This document shows positions 42,448 through 52,546 of a stretch of DNA of 64,000 nucleotides, in pieces; the stretch's first letter is position 1; each line of letters starts with the position of its first letter. The notes under the pieces were generated by a model. That model ran no database searches. It was not told the DNA's origin and worked only from the letters and a program-made list of their open reading frames with translations. Source of the stretch: Eledone cirrhosa (Eukaryota); assembly GCA_964016885.1 (NCBI GenBank), contig CAXHJY010001633.1, forward strand, positions 54,379 through 118,378, in the 5' to 3' direction. The position numbers were made by a program, and so were the translations under genes.

Positions 42448-42683
42448 ATAGCTTAAATTTCTGCTTTAGAATCATTTTTTAAAACTCAGCAGCAAACATT
42501 TTCTATATCGGTTAGATGATTGATTTACATATCGATTGATTAATTCATCAATTGATTTGGTAAATCAGAGAGAAAGAAAGCAAAATTGAAGAGAGAGAAA
42601 AGAGCATAAAAATAAAGGAGCAAAGATGGAGGAGGAGTAATTTATTAAAAAAGAAAGAATGAGGGGGGTGTAGTGATGAAAGT

Positions 42684-44370
42684 CCACAGCAACCTAAACA
42701 TCAACCATCTCAGGTGTTTAACCAATTCCACAGCCACTAGGACTGGAATATGTTTAACATTGCCACATTGACCTAAACCAGGTATGGACCATATTTAACC
42801 AGTGGAACAAGGATCTATACTCCAGACCTGGAATATGTTAAAACAATGCCGCAGTGAACTAAACACCAGGCCTGGAATATGTTTAACCAATGTTACAGTG
42901 ATCAGGCAAGACTTGTATGTAACCAATATCACAAGGATCTAAACACCAGGCATGAAATATGTTTAACCAATATTCCAAGGACCTAAACACTAAGCAAACC
43001 AGGATTTTCAATGTCATAAATATCTAAACAGCAGATGTTAGTACCTCCTTCTCGTCCAACAACCTAAACATGTAATAAGGCTTCTGTTTACTCAATGTCC
43101 CAGTAAATAAATGAAGCTGGACATATATTTAATTAAGGCATGTCACTATAATGGTGAATTAAAAACCAATGTCCCAGCAATATACACACCATGCTTCAAA
43201 CATGTTTAGATATTGTGCCACAGCAACCCAAACACCAAATAAGGCACACGTTTAGTCAACTCTCGGGTTTCGAATAATCCTCCAATCCCACCCCACCAAC
43301 ACCGCTTATTATATTTGGCTAATCTATCTCCGACGAGATTTTATTTTATATGGTGGGGTTCCTGCGACAATTAATTATCTTCAAAACATTTTAAACACAT
43401 TATATATGACAAAATAAGTACATTACTAGAAATCTCATACGTTATAAAATAGGATGGGTTGGTGTCTCAATATGTAAAGTAAATGACTAATTCTGTTTGT
43501 TTTTTAATTAAGGGAGACAACCTAGAACAATTACCGATTTTGCAGCCCCATCCTCCGCTTATTTCAACAGCCACCCACCCACCCACTTTTATTATTTGGG
43601 ACCCGAGGGTAGCTCACAAATATTAACTATGTCAGATATTTCACTGCTTTTGAAGAAATTATAAACGTCAAATATGGCTGGAGTCTAATCATTATCACAA
43701 TCTAAACACCTAGTACACTAGGTGTTTAACTAATCTGACAGCAACCAAACTACCATGTATATTGTGTACATCATATGCTTAATCAATGTCATGGCAACCT
43801 AAACACCAAATATGTCACGTCTGATGAATGTTACATCAATGTTAACACCAAGTACCACAAATGTTTAATCATTGTCACGGCAGTCTAAACACCAAGTATG
43901 ACAGATGTTTAAAAAATGTCACAGCATTGTAAACACCAAGTATAACAGGTGTTGAAAGAATGTCACAGCAATCTAAACACCAAGTATGGCAGATATTTAA
44001 CGAATGTCACAACAATCTAAACACCAAGTATGACATGTTTAAAGAATGTCACAGCAACCTAAACACCAAGTATGACATTTTAAAAGAATGTCCAGCAACC
44101 TAAACACCAAGTATAACAGGTGTTGAAAGAATGTCACAGCAATCTAAGCACCAAACATGACAGATATTTAAAGAATGTCACAGCAACCTAAACACCAAGT
44201 ATGACAGATATTTAAAGAATGTCACAGCAACCTAAACACCAAGCATAACACACGCTTAATCAATTTCATAACAACCTAAACACCAGATTAGTCAGTGTTT
44301 TATTAGTATTAAAGCAAGCTTAAACACCAAATATGTTAAATGTTTAGCTAACATCACAACCTAAACACAA
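42684..44370 (+). repeat. 44-bp minisatellite, old and degenerate on the left, homogeneous at ~43860-44245, interrupted by an insertion
   Basis: Unit GTCACAGCAACCTAAACACCAAGTATGACAGATATTTAAAGAAT (starts at 44177 and 44221). The CTAAACACCA...TGTTTAA motif recurs from ~42690. Confidence 0.88.
43259..43611. mobile_element. putative MITE (~350 bp) inserted in the 44-bp minisatellite
   Basis: Imperfect terminal inverted repeats: ACTCTCGGGTTTCGAATAAT on the left and ATTATTTGGGACCCGAGGGT on the right. The minisatellite register is broken here and resumes after it. Confidence 0.65.
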
Positions 44371-44414
44371 ACAATTCAATGACAATTCTGGATAAAATAT
44401 TTTCAAAGAAAATA

Positions 44415-44457
<43 letters not shown>

Positions 44458-44489
44458 AGTAGTAGTAGTAGTAGTTGTTGTTGTTGTTG
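44415..44489. repeat. (TAG)n/(TTG)n microsatellite
   Basis: Directly visible. Confidence 0.95.
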
Positions 44490-45104
44490 CTTCTTTTCGT
44501 CTTCTTAGGTGCAAGTTTGAGTTATTTCACTTATTTAAATCAGTGAGGTGTGATTTGAGGGAGGTTTAGCTGCTCTTTCTTGCAAGTCGAGTAAACAGGT
44601 ACTGGCACGGCTGTTGTTTCGGTGGGTCCGTTGCTACTGCTACTACCACTGTTATTATTATTGTCATTATTGTGTACTTTTACTCGGCCTTATTGTAAAC
44701 CACCACTGTCCCTGTCTTTGTATTGTCCTCTACTTGTCGGCCCTTGTGGCCAATAAAGGAAATCATTATTATTGCTGCTGTGGTTGCTGCTGTTGTGTTG
44801 TCGTTGCTATTGTTGTTGTTGTTGGTGGTGGTGGTGGTGGTGTCAATGAAGAAATATCAGTGTACATTGGGGTCTTAAAGCTTTTGGCTTCGGCAACATA
44901 TTTGCAGGGAGCAAAACATTACGAGAGACTGAAACAGTGAGGTGACGGGTTCAAATCAATGCTGGGGAGTTTTTAAATTTAACACTGAGATCTTTTATTT
45001 CTATCACAAATGGGTAGCGGCCAGGGGGAAGCAACAGTGGTGGAGTTGAATGAGATGTGTCAGAGTAGAGGACGAGAGACTGGTGGGATGGGGTTAGGGA
45101 TTTG

Positions 45105-45176
45105 AAGGTGGGACTAAGGTGGGACTAAGGTAGGACTAAGGTGGGACTAAGGTGGGACTAAGGTGGGACTAAGGTG
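45105..45176 (+). repeat. 11-bp G-rich minisatellite (AAGGTGGGACT) x ~6.5
   Basis: Near-perfect tandem copies with one G>A variant. Confidence 0.93.
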
Positions 45177-45363
45177 AGATGGTGAGAGGTTTGAACATAA
45201 CGAAGGTTCACTTTGGGTTAAGTTGGGGCAAGTTTAGAACAGCATGAGAATAACAGGAATACTTCTCAAATTGTAGGGTACACCACTTACCCATACTCAC
45301 AGATTCTTCCTGTGAGCTACGAAATGTATACATATATCTATATACACGCACATACATGCATGC

Positions 45364-45367
<4 letters not shown>

Positions 45368-45427
<60 letters not shown>
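45368..45427. repeat. (TA)n microsatellite
   Basis: Directly visible. Further (TA)n tracts at ~45625-45681, 49482-49591 (with CA), 49638-49671, 49740-49802 and 51613-51675. Confidence 0.97.
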
Positions 45428-45432
<5 letters not shown>

Positions 45433-45622
45433 AACAATGTACGAAGCTCAATTTTCGGCTTTTGAAGCGCTGATTTTATATGCAATTATATAAGTATAAA
45501 GTTTTCAAACGCAAAAATGCTTTAAAGATAACTTATAAAATTTGTTTCCGTCTTTTAAGGAGCTTCACCCTATTTCATAAGCTATCTTTGTACCGTTTCT
45601 GCTCTTGAGCACTTTCCTTATA

Positions 45623-45684
<62 letters not shown>

Positions 45685-45831
45685 ATATTGTATAAAATAC
45701 AAGTCAAACTGTCGTATACTTGCTAAGGTATTCGGAGTTTCTTGGAGTTGTATTCACTTCATTCTTCAGTCTTCAGAAAGTCATTTATACAATATAATAT
45801 ATTTACCTCAATGATTACAGCCATACATTCA

Positions 45832-46026
45832 CAGACATGTCAACCTTCCCCGACCGACGGGGATATTTCCCATCCACTTTGCGGCGGGTGAGAGATGTCT
45901 TTTCAAGTGAAAATGGGTATAACTTTCATTATGTAAAATCTCCCCATTTTGCCACATTTCTCCCCGTTTTGGGGCACTTTTTTTCATGGTATCTCCCGCT
46001 TGGGTTTTTAGAGGTTGGCAAGTCTG
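45832..46026. mobile_element. 195-bp MITE with hAT/Tip100-like termini and a 6-bp target-site duplication
   Basis: Left TIR CAGACATGTCAACCT and right TIR (reverse complement) CAGACTTGCCAACCT match at 13/15. CATTCA flanks both ends directly (45826-45831 and 46027-46032). Confidence 0.8.
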
Positions 46027-46277
46027 CATTCAAGCAATATATATATATAAATATATATAATGTGTATATTAAATCATACATGTATTTCCATGTCATTCTT
46101 CAGAGTAGAGTTGTTTTTAGCAGTGTAGGTGGCCAATAATGACTGGTTTAGTTCAGGATTGCTGTATGCAAACCTTTTTGAATTAAATGTTTGAAGGCTC
46201 AGCTTTTCCTCCCGTTCAAATTCTGAAATACAAAAAAATTGGTAAAAATAAAATAAAATTATATATAGAATGGGATA

Positions 46278-46465
46278 ATTGTTTCTACTTTTGGCACAAG
46301 ATCAGCAATTATCCCAGTGTATTGCTGTTACTTTATTTTATCGACCCCATAAGGATAAAAGGCAAAGTTAACCTCGGTGGGATTTGAACTCGGATCATAA
46401 AGGGTCGGAACTATTTGCTGCAAACCATGCGTGCGACCCTCTACCGATACTGCCAATCCACCGCC
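46278..46465 (-). mobile_element. tRNA-derived SINE, second family (octopus-like), near full length
   Basis: Minus strand reads GGCGGTGGATTGGCAGTATCGG (A box)...GAGTTCAAATCCC (B box)...GCCTTTTATCCTTATGGGGTCGATAAAATAAAGTA...TTGTGCCAAAAGTAGAAACAAT. It aligns end to end with the copy at 50345-50532. Confidence 0.9.
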
Positions 46466-46586
46466 CGTATATAGACAATAGCATAGTAGTAGTAATTTAC
46501 GTTCTAATTCAATTTCAAATGCCGCCGGTGTTAGCTTTGTGTCTTTTTTCCTTACAAGGACGATACAATATAGTAACAATAATTCA

Positions 46587-46655
46587 TTGGGGTTATTTAA
46601 TCGACTTTCCCCTCCACCACAACTGTTGGCCTTCTCATTAAGTCGGAAACCACTT
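46587..46655 (+). mobile_element. probable 3' fragment of the second SINE family
   Basis: GGGGTTATTTAATCGACTT...TGTTGGCCTTCTC...GAAACC resembles the TGCTGGCCTTGTGCC...GAAAC tail of the other copies. Short and degenerate. Confidence 0.45.
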
Positions 46656-46829
46656 TATAGGATTGCCTAGTAAAATCATATTTTCTTATCGGTTAGACAG
46701 GAAGAAAAGCAATGCCTTTGAGACGGATAGAAGTAAAAACAAAAAGTATCCATGAACCAGAGACTTGTTCATGGCATCAAATGACCAGGTGGTAGTGTTA
46801 AACCGGGCGATGGATTAACTCTGTAACTC

Positions 46830-46930
46830 AGATAGGCAATGACAAGATTTAAACTCAGAACTCATTAAGCCTGAGCAATACGACAAGCCATTTTATCTGA
46901 CGTTCTAATAATGAAGCTACTCTACGCCAC
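46830..46930 (-). mobile_element. degenerate SINE of the second family; its head forms the adjacent 42-bp array
   Basis: GATTTAAACTCAGA (46846) matches GATTTGAACTCAGA (B box, reverse strand) in the copies near 48974 and 50447, at the expected distance from the head. Confidence 0.7.
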
Positions 46931-47264
46931 CATTTTATCTGACGTTCTAATAATGAAGCTACTCTACGCCACCATTTTATCTGACGTTCTAATAATGAAG
47001 CTACTCTACGCCACCATTTTATCTGACGTTCTAATAATGAAGCTACTCTACGCCACCATTTTATCTGACGTTCTAATAATGAAGCTACTCTACGCCACCA
47101 TTTTATCTGACGTTCTAATAATGAAGCTACTCTACGCCACCATTTTATCTGACGTTCTAATAATGAAGCTACTCTACGCCACCATTTTATCTGACGTTCT
47201 AATAATGAAGCTACTCTACGCCACCATTTTATCTGACGTTCTAATAATGAAGCTACTCTACGCC
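46889..47264 (-). repeat. 42-bp perfect minisatellite x9 derived from a SINE 5' end
   Basis: CATTTTATCTGACGTTCTAATAATGAAGCTACTCTACGCCAC starts at 46889, 46931 ... 47225, and the copies are identical. It shares GACGTTCTAAT with the SINE head near 49029 and ends in CGCC like the other copies. Confidence 0.95.
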
Positions 47265-47329
47265 CTTTAGATAGATTTATTTCAACAAAACATTCCTAAC
47301 AAGGCCTGAACATAATAGAATTTGTCACT

Positions 47330-47584
47330 GCTTCCGTCTCTCTCGCTCTCCCCATCTCTCACTATTATAGGCAAATGGGGGTCCACACGCTGGCCGCCCC
47401 ACGGCCCCGGTGGACAGAATAGAGAGGGTGGTTCCTCGGAGGATGGTGAAGGAGAGGTGCTGGAAGAGCCATTCCAGCTCCTGAGGCTCACACCTGCGAG
47501 TAGCCAGCACTGTACCGATGGTGGTGAGTAGGGAGGTGGTCCTAGGGCCAAGGACACCAGAAGTCTTCACAGTTACGGGGTACA
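47330..47584 (-). mobile_element. 5'-truncated CRE-like (restriction-like endonuclease) non-LTR retrotransposon relic
   Basis: Translation PVTVKTSGVLGPRTTSLLTTIGTVLATRRCEPQELEWLFQHLSFTILRGTTLSILSTG matches the recalled CRE C-terminal pattern PxAVETxGxxGP...(D/E)PRExxWLFQRLSxAxxRGNAxSIL. Confidence 0.75.
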
Positions 47585-47757
47585 GATGGTGGTGAGTAGG
47601 GAGGTGGTCCTAGGGCCAAGGACACCATAAGTCTTCACAGTTACGAGGTACAGATGGTGGTGAGTAGGGAGGTGGTCCTAGGGCCAAGGACACCAGAAGT
47701 CTTCACAGTTACGGGGTACAGATGGTAGTAAGTAGGGAGGTGGTCCTAGGGCCAAAG
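47512..47757 (-). repeat. 68-bp tandem repeat x ~3.5 at the 5' truncation of the CRE-like relic
   Basis: GATGGTGGTGAGTAGGGAGGTGGTCCTAGGGCCAAGGACACCAGAAGTCTTCACAGTTACGGGGTACA starts at 47517, 47585, 47653 and 47721 (partial). Confidence 0.95.
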
Positions 47758-47760
47758 ACT

Positions 47761-47880
47761 TGGTACTTTATTTTATTGACATCGAAAGACTGAAAAAAAA
47801 CAAGTTAACTTCAGTGAGATACGAGAACTGGAATAAATACAAGACATTTTTTCTTTCCTTCTCTCTAATGACTCTGATGA
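47761..47880 (-). mobile_element. degenerate partial SINE of the second family
   Basis: TGGTACTTTATTTTATTGAC...GAAA...CAAGTTAACTTCAGTGAGAT aligns with 50392-50449. Confidence 0.7.
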
Positions 47881-48179
47881 CCATTTTAAAGCAAATTTCT
47901 GTCCTTTTTAAAAATCTCCGATCGTCCTCAGGATTTTAATATCGAGCTAAACAAATTGTACAAGACTGTATTTACATTAGAAATCTTCTTATCTAAATAA
48001 AGCTAAATTAACATTATTATCCACTTGATCAATAACAAGTTTGGTTAATATTGAAGAAAGAGATTATACTATTAACAACAACCTTCCTGTTTCCGTAACT
48101 CCCGAGGGAGCCGTAGTCACCATATTGACATGCGGCGTTTCTTTGACATTTTAAGTCTGCCAATCTACAACTCACAATC

Positions 48180-48786
48180 TACAGCAAATTGCTCAAGTTA
48201 CGGAGTTTGTATATCTCGGTCACAAACTATCATCAAACAACAACGAAATGGTCACTGAACAGTATGGCATCGCTCTAGGTTGGACAGCTTTCAACAAGAA
48301 CAAGGAAGTACTAACAACAAAACGAGTTTCCTATCATTTGAAGGCTAAGTTCTTGATACTTACATCCTACCAGTTGTGTTATGTGGTCTTGACTGTGTTA
48401 ATTGGACGGCAATGTCACTACAGAAGCTCTCTACATTCCAGAACCACATCAAGAAAATTATGACTGGCAAGCGGCTCAGCAAACGTATCTGTATCAGTGA
48501 GCTGTTCAACATCACCAGACTTAGAACAATTACATCAGTTGTCAGGTTAAGAGTGCTTAAACCGTATGGTCATATCAAAAGATCAACTTGTGGTGTGAGT
48601 AGGTTATGCCTAGAAGGAAAGTTGACTGGTAAGAGAAGCAGAGGCCGGCAGCCAAAACGAAGGCTTGACAATGTCAACTTATGGACTGGACTTGACCTTT
48701 GCTCTTTAAACTCTGCTGTTGGTGATCGAACTTTGTGGAGAAAAATATCTCATATTGGTGCGCAGTCTGCAACTGGCGGAGTTTAG
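48180..48786 (+). mobile_element. RTE-clade LINE 3' fragment (RT thumb and C-terminus), frameshifted
   Basis: Joined frames give VTEFVYLG...TAFNKNKEVL...LKAKF / YILPVVLCGLDCVNW...YGHIKR...LEGKLTGKRSRGRQPKRRLDNV, matching the RTE motifs F.YLG, LYG.E.W, GH..R and G.R.RGRP..RW.D. Frameshift near 48350. Confidence 0.88.
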
Positions 48787-48892
48787 CGTCTGGATATATA
48801 GAGCCCGTCCCCTCTCCAGGCCTGGGTACAGTAGATTTCTTTTAGAGAAAGATAGAAACAGAGAAATGGAAGTAAGAAAGAGATATAGAGGA

Positions 48893-49058
48893 AGAATCGA
48901 CCTCAGTACAAAACTGCTACATTTTTTTTTTTATTGATCTCGAAAGAATGAAAGGCAAAGTTGACCTCGGCGGGATTTGAACTCAGAGAGCACTAAGTCG
49001 AAATGAACACCGCAAATTATTCTATACGACGTTCTAATCACTCTGCCATTTCGCTGTC
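48893..49058 (-). mobile_element. SINE of the second family
   Basis: GAATGAAAGGCAAAGTTGACCTCGGCGGGATTTGAACTCAGA is nearly identical to the 50345-50532 copy. The head CTCTGCCATTTCGCTGTC is present. Confidence 0.88.
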
Positions 49059-49252
49059 TAAGAAGTGTATTGCATGCATACAAAGGCCCGTAACACCCGG
49101 AGGGTTCGTAGGAGCACTACATTAATATACAGCGTCTCTGGGGAATTTTTAAACCTGGCAAAGTCCATCAATACCAATTCACACCCTATTTAACAACAAT
49201 AGCTTATCTCAAATATCTAGACATTTAAAGAAGTGTTGTTAGTGTTTCTTAC

Positions 49253-49412
49253 CAGAAATCTCCCAATCTTCCCAGTAGATATCATCATCAGTAAGACTGT
49301 GAAGTTCATGTTGTTCGGCAGCCTGCTGCCTTTGACTTTTCAGGCGTTCTATCTTTTCTTGACATTGCTGTAGTTGGGAGAGCAGCGCTTTGTCTTGAGC
49401 ACGAATGAAGCT
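49253..49412 (-). CDS. probable internal coding exon (160 nt) of a LURAP1/FAM89/FAM167-like coiled-coil adaptor
   Basis: Acceptor TATTTCAG| (phase 0) and donor CTG|GTAAGA bracket SFIRAQDKALLSQLQQCQEKIERLKSQRQQAAEQHELHSLTDDDIYWEDWEIS(G). The RxxDxxLLxQLxxxxExIExLK pattern resembles the LURAP/FAM89/FAM167 helix. Confidence 0.7.
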
Positions 49413-49479
49413 CTGAAATAGTATCAAGTGGCAGAGTTTAGTTAAATATCCCACATACAATAGAGACACATCATTTAGC

Positions 49480-49545
<66 letters not shown>

Positions 49546-49559
49546 TATATATACACACG

Positions 49560-49592
<33 letters not shown>

Positions 49593-49633
49593 GTTATCCA
49601 TGTGCAACCAGCAGTATTCTTCTCACCCATATT

Positions 49634-49674
<41 letters not shown>

Positions 49675-49734
49675 AAAAGAGAAAACACAGGTAAGCATTA
49701 AAAAAAGGATTACAATAAGCAATTTTCTGCTTCC

Positions 49735-49802
<68 letters not shown>

Positions 49803-50187
49803 ATGAATGAAGTAATTCCGTCGGAAAGGTCCAGGAAAAAAGAGTGCTCTATGTAGGTTACAGAGCTTATTAGTTATGTAATAAACAACATAAGATAATT
49901 ATTTTATTTACCAGTGGTTTCTTGAAAGCAAACAAATCTGCTTTCAGTCAGGAAAAATAATTGTTTTTATTAGAAAATAACATGTTAATAAATAAATATG
50001 GAAATTAAAAAAAAAGTAATTATCTGCAAACTTGCATAACTATATCTCATAATTGTATGAGCATCTGATGATGTCGCATGGAGACTGATATAACCATTGC
50101 ATAACGATATCATTGAAGTATGTATTATGCAATAAAACAAGTATGTAAAAGTAACCCTGTCTCAACAACATTTCGGAAATGGAAACT

Positions 50188-50247
50188 CCGTCACACCTTA
50201 CCACCAACATGTCGCTGCCGTCACACCTTACCACCAACATGTCGCTG
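50188..50247. repeat. 30-bp perfect tandem duplication
   Basis: CCGTCACACCTTACCACCAACATGTCGCTG x2. Confidence 0.93.
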
Positions 50248-50344
50248 GAGATATACTACTGACGTGAAGTGCTTTTGGACGGTTTAAAACGGTTTAACCT
50301 CCACGGATAAACACCCTTATTATCTGCACTATATATATAATATA

Positions 50345-50532
50345 ATTGTTTCTACTATTGGCACAAGGCCAGCAATTACCCAGTACATTACTGGTACTTT
50401 ATTTTATCGACCCCGTAAGGATGAAAGGCAAAGTTAACCTCGGCGGGATTTGAACTCAGACCGTAAAGGGACGTAACTCTATACGTCAAAGCATGGTGTC
50501 CGACCCTCTACCGATACTGCCAATTCACCGCC
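50345..50532 (-). mobile_element. SINE of the second family, best-preserved copy
   Basis: Minus strand GGCGGTGAATTGGCAGTATCGG...GAGTTCAAATCCCGCCGAGGTTAACTTTGCCTTTCATCCTTACGGGGTCGATAAAATAAAGTACCAG...GGCCTTGTGCCAATAGTAGAAACAAT. ATATATAATAT occurs on both flanks. Confidence 0.92.
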
Positions 50533-50739
50533 ATATATAATATTATATATATATAATATTATATAATATATAATATTATATAATATATAATATTATAATA
50601 TATATAATATATATAATATTATAATATATAATATATAATATATAATATTATATAATATTATATAATATATAATATAATATAATATAATATTATATAATAT
50701 AATATTATATAATATAATATTATATATATAGATATATAT

Positions 50740-50776
<37 letters not shown>

Positions 50777-50799
50777 GAGAGAGAGAGAGAGAGAGAGAG
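50533..50799. repeat. (TATAA/TATTA)n AT-only tract followed by (GA)n
   Basis: Directly visible. Confidence 0.95.
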
Positions 50800-51038
50800 G
50801 CCGTCGAAGAAACAACACCCTATGTTCGGCCGGCCTCTGTATCACGAAAAGAAAATCTTTTTCTAGGAAATTATTTTTCTCAACTTAAAGGTTTCTTAGG
50901 AACTTTCAATGTTTATTTTAGGTTTTGCCGTCTGAAGAGCTTAGGCTTTCATAACTGACAACCTTCAGTGAAATGTGTATAACGGGGTTTTAAATAAACC
51001 TGACTTAACTGAATATGGCCTCCGATATTTTATAATAT

Positions 51039-51046
51039 AACCTCAC

Positions 51047-51088
<42 letters not shown>

Positions 51089-51096
51089 GTGAGGTT
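51039..51096. other. 58-bp perfect palindrome centred on (AT)15
   Basis: AACCTCACTTTCTA(AT)15TAGAAAGTGAGGTT is its own reverse complement. Confidence 0.92.
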
Positions 51097-51610
51097 TTTT
51101 TTACAAAATGAAAAATACCCGAGGTGTCCTACACGAGTGAAAGTATAAAGAAAAAAAGATGAAATCGAAAATGCAACTGGAGTCTTATTTTTTTTAAAAA
51201 TATATATATTTATTTGCTTCCTTTACCGGTTTCGCAGTTCTTCTGCTTTTCAAAAGGTGAGTTGAGATGGAGGGTCTGTGGTTTTTCTCACATCTAGTTG
51301 GTCTCTGAATGTTACTTGTTTTATATGGAAAAAGTGGCTCGAAATGCCAGGTTTTTCGAGAAGTAATTTGATTGGTTTGTCAATAATTATAATAATTTTC
51401 GCGCCAGTTCGCGTAGACATGATATGAAGCTTAAAAAACAATTGCGAGCAGTGTCATGTCTCCCTATTTTATCTGATGAGAACGCAAATATCATTCCATG
51501 ATGATATTTGTTTTTGATCTTATATTATTTATACTCTAGTCCTATAAACTGTTGAGTGCTACTTATCCGATATTTGCATTGCTTTATTGTGTTACGATAA
51601 AACTAACTTG

Positions 51611-51674
<64 letters not shown>

Positions 51675-51681
<7 letters not shown>

Positions 51682-52528
51682 TTAGAAACACACAGATACA
51701 TGCGGACACACACATATATACATGAATGCATCCGCACCCAACTGTGAGTTAAGGGTGCCAACTTCACCGATGTTGCTCAATGAATGACTGGGACAGACCA
51801 ATTCAGTTGAACTAGACTGAACCAGTATCAGAGTTAAAAATACATTATGAAGAGAGAAGAAACATTTAGATATAATTAGTAATAAAATGTATCATACCTA
51901 AACTGCTCCTAAATTCCTCGACTACGTAGTTTCGTGGCATAAACAAAAACAATATATCATAAAGATATAGAGTCCTTGCGAGGTCTGCCGACTTATCAAG
52001 AGGATACCTCATTTTACTAGTCTCAAGAACGCGTCTACACGACGTGAGAAAGAATCCCAAAAGGCGGAGGGGGAGATAGTCACGCGATATAACGGTCGAG
52101 AAACAGAGCTAAGCCTCTTATAACCCCGAAGAAAATACCACGGAGGCGGAGGGGGTATTTATATCGAGGCCGTAGAAGAGGTGGTGAAGAAGGCGAGAAG
52201 TATGAGTAATGGAAGCTTTCCAGCTGTCCCCACACTTCAAAGATTGCTCGACCAGAGGGAGTTATTAACAATATATTTAGAAACACACAGATACATGCGG
52301 ACACACACATATATACATGAATGCATCCGCACCCAACTGTGAGTTAAGGGTATCAACTTCACCGATGTTGCTCAATGAATGACTGGGACAGACCAATTCA
52401 GTTGAACTAGACTGAACCAGTATCAGAGTTAAAAATACATTATGAAGAGAGAAGAAACATTTAGATATAATTAGTAATAAAATGTATCATACCTAAACTG
52501 CTCCTAAATTCCTCGACTACGTAGTTTC
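51675..52528 (+). repeat. ~259-bp direct duplication (51675-51933 and 52270-52528)
   Basis: Offset 595 bp. The only difference I saw is GGGTGCCAAC versus GGGTATCAAC. Confidence 0.93.
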
Positions 52529-52546
52529 ATAAGTCGGTTTCATAGT

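Noticed and set aside
45285-45325. Possible minus-strand micro-exon (TTTCGTAG|CTCACAGGAAGAATCT...|GTAAGT)
   Set aside because: Splice-like motifs only. Too short to support without transcript data, and it may be transposon sequence.
44614-45814. Cys/Tyr/Val-rich and (YI)n ORFs
   Set aside because: Translations of triplet and (TA)n microsatellites.
46911-47270. (MKLLYATILSDVLI)n ORF
   Set aside because: A by-product of a 42-bp unit divisible by 3 that derives from a SINE head.
50188-50247. 30-bp duplication as the seed of the 21-bp satellite (ACCTTACCACCAACA similarity)
   Set aside because: The match is short and low-complexity, so chance is sufficient.
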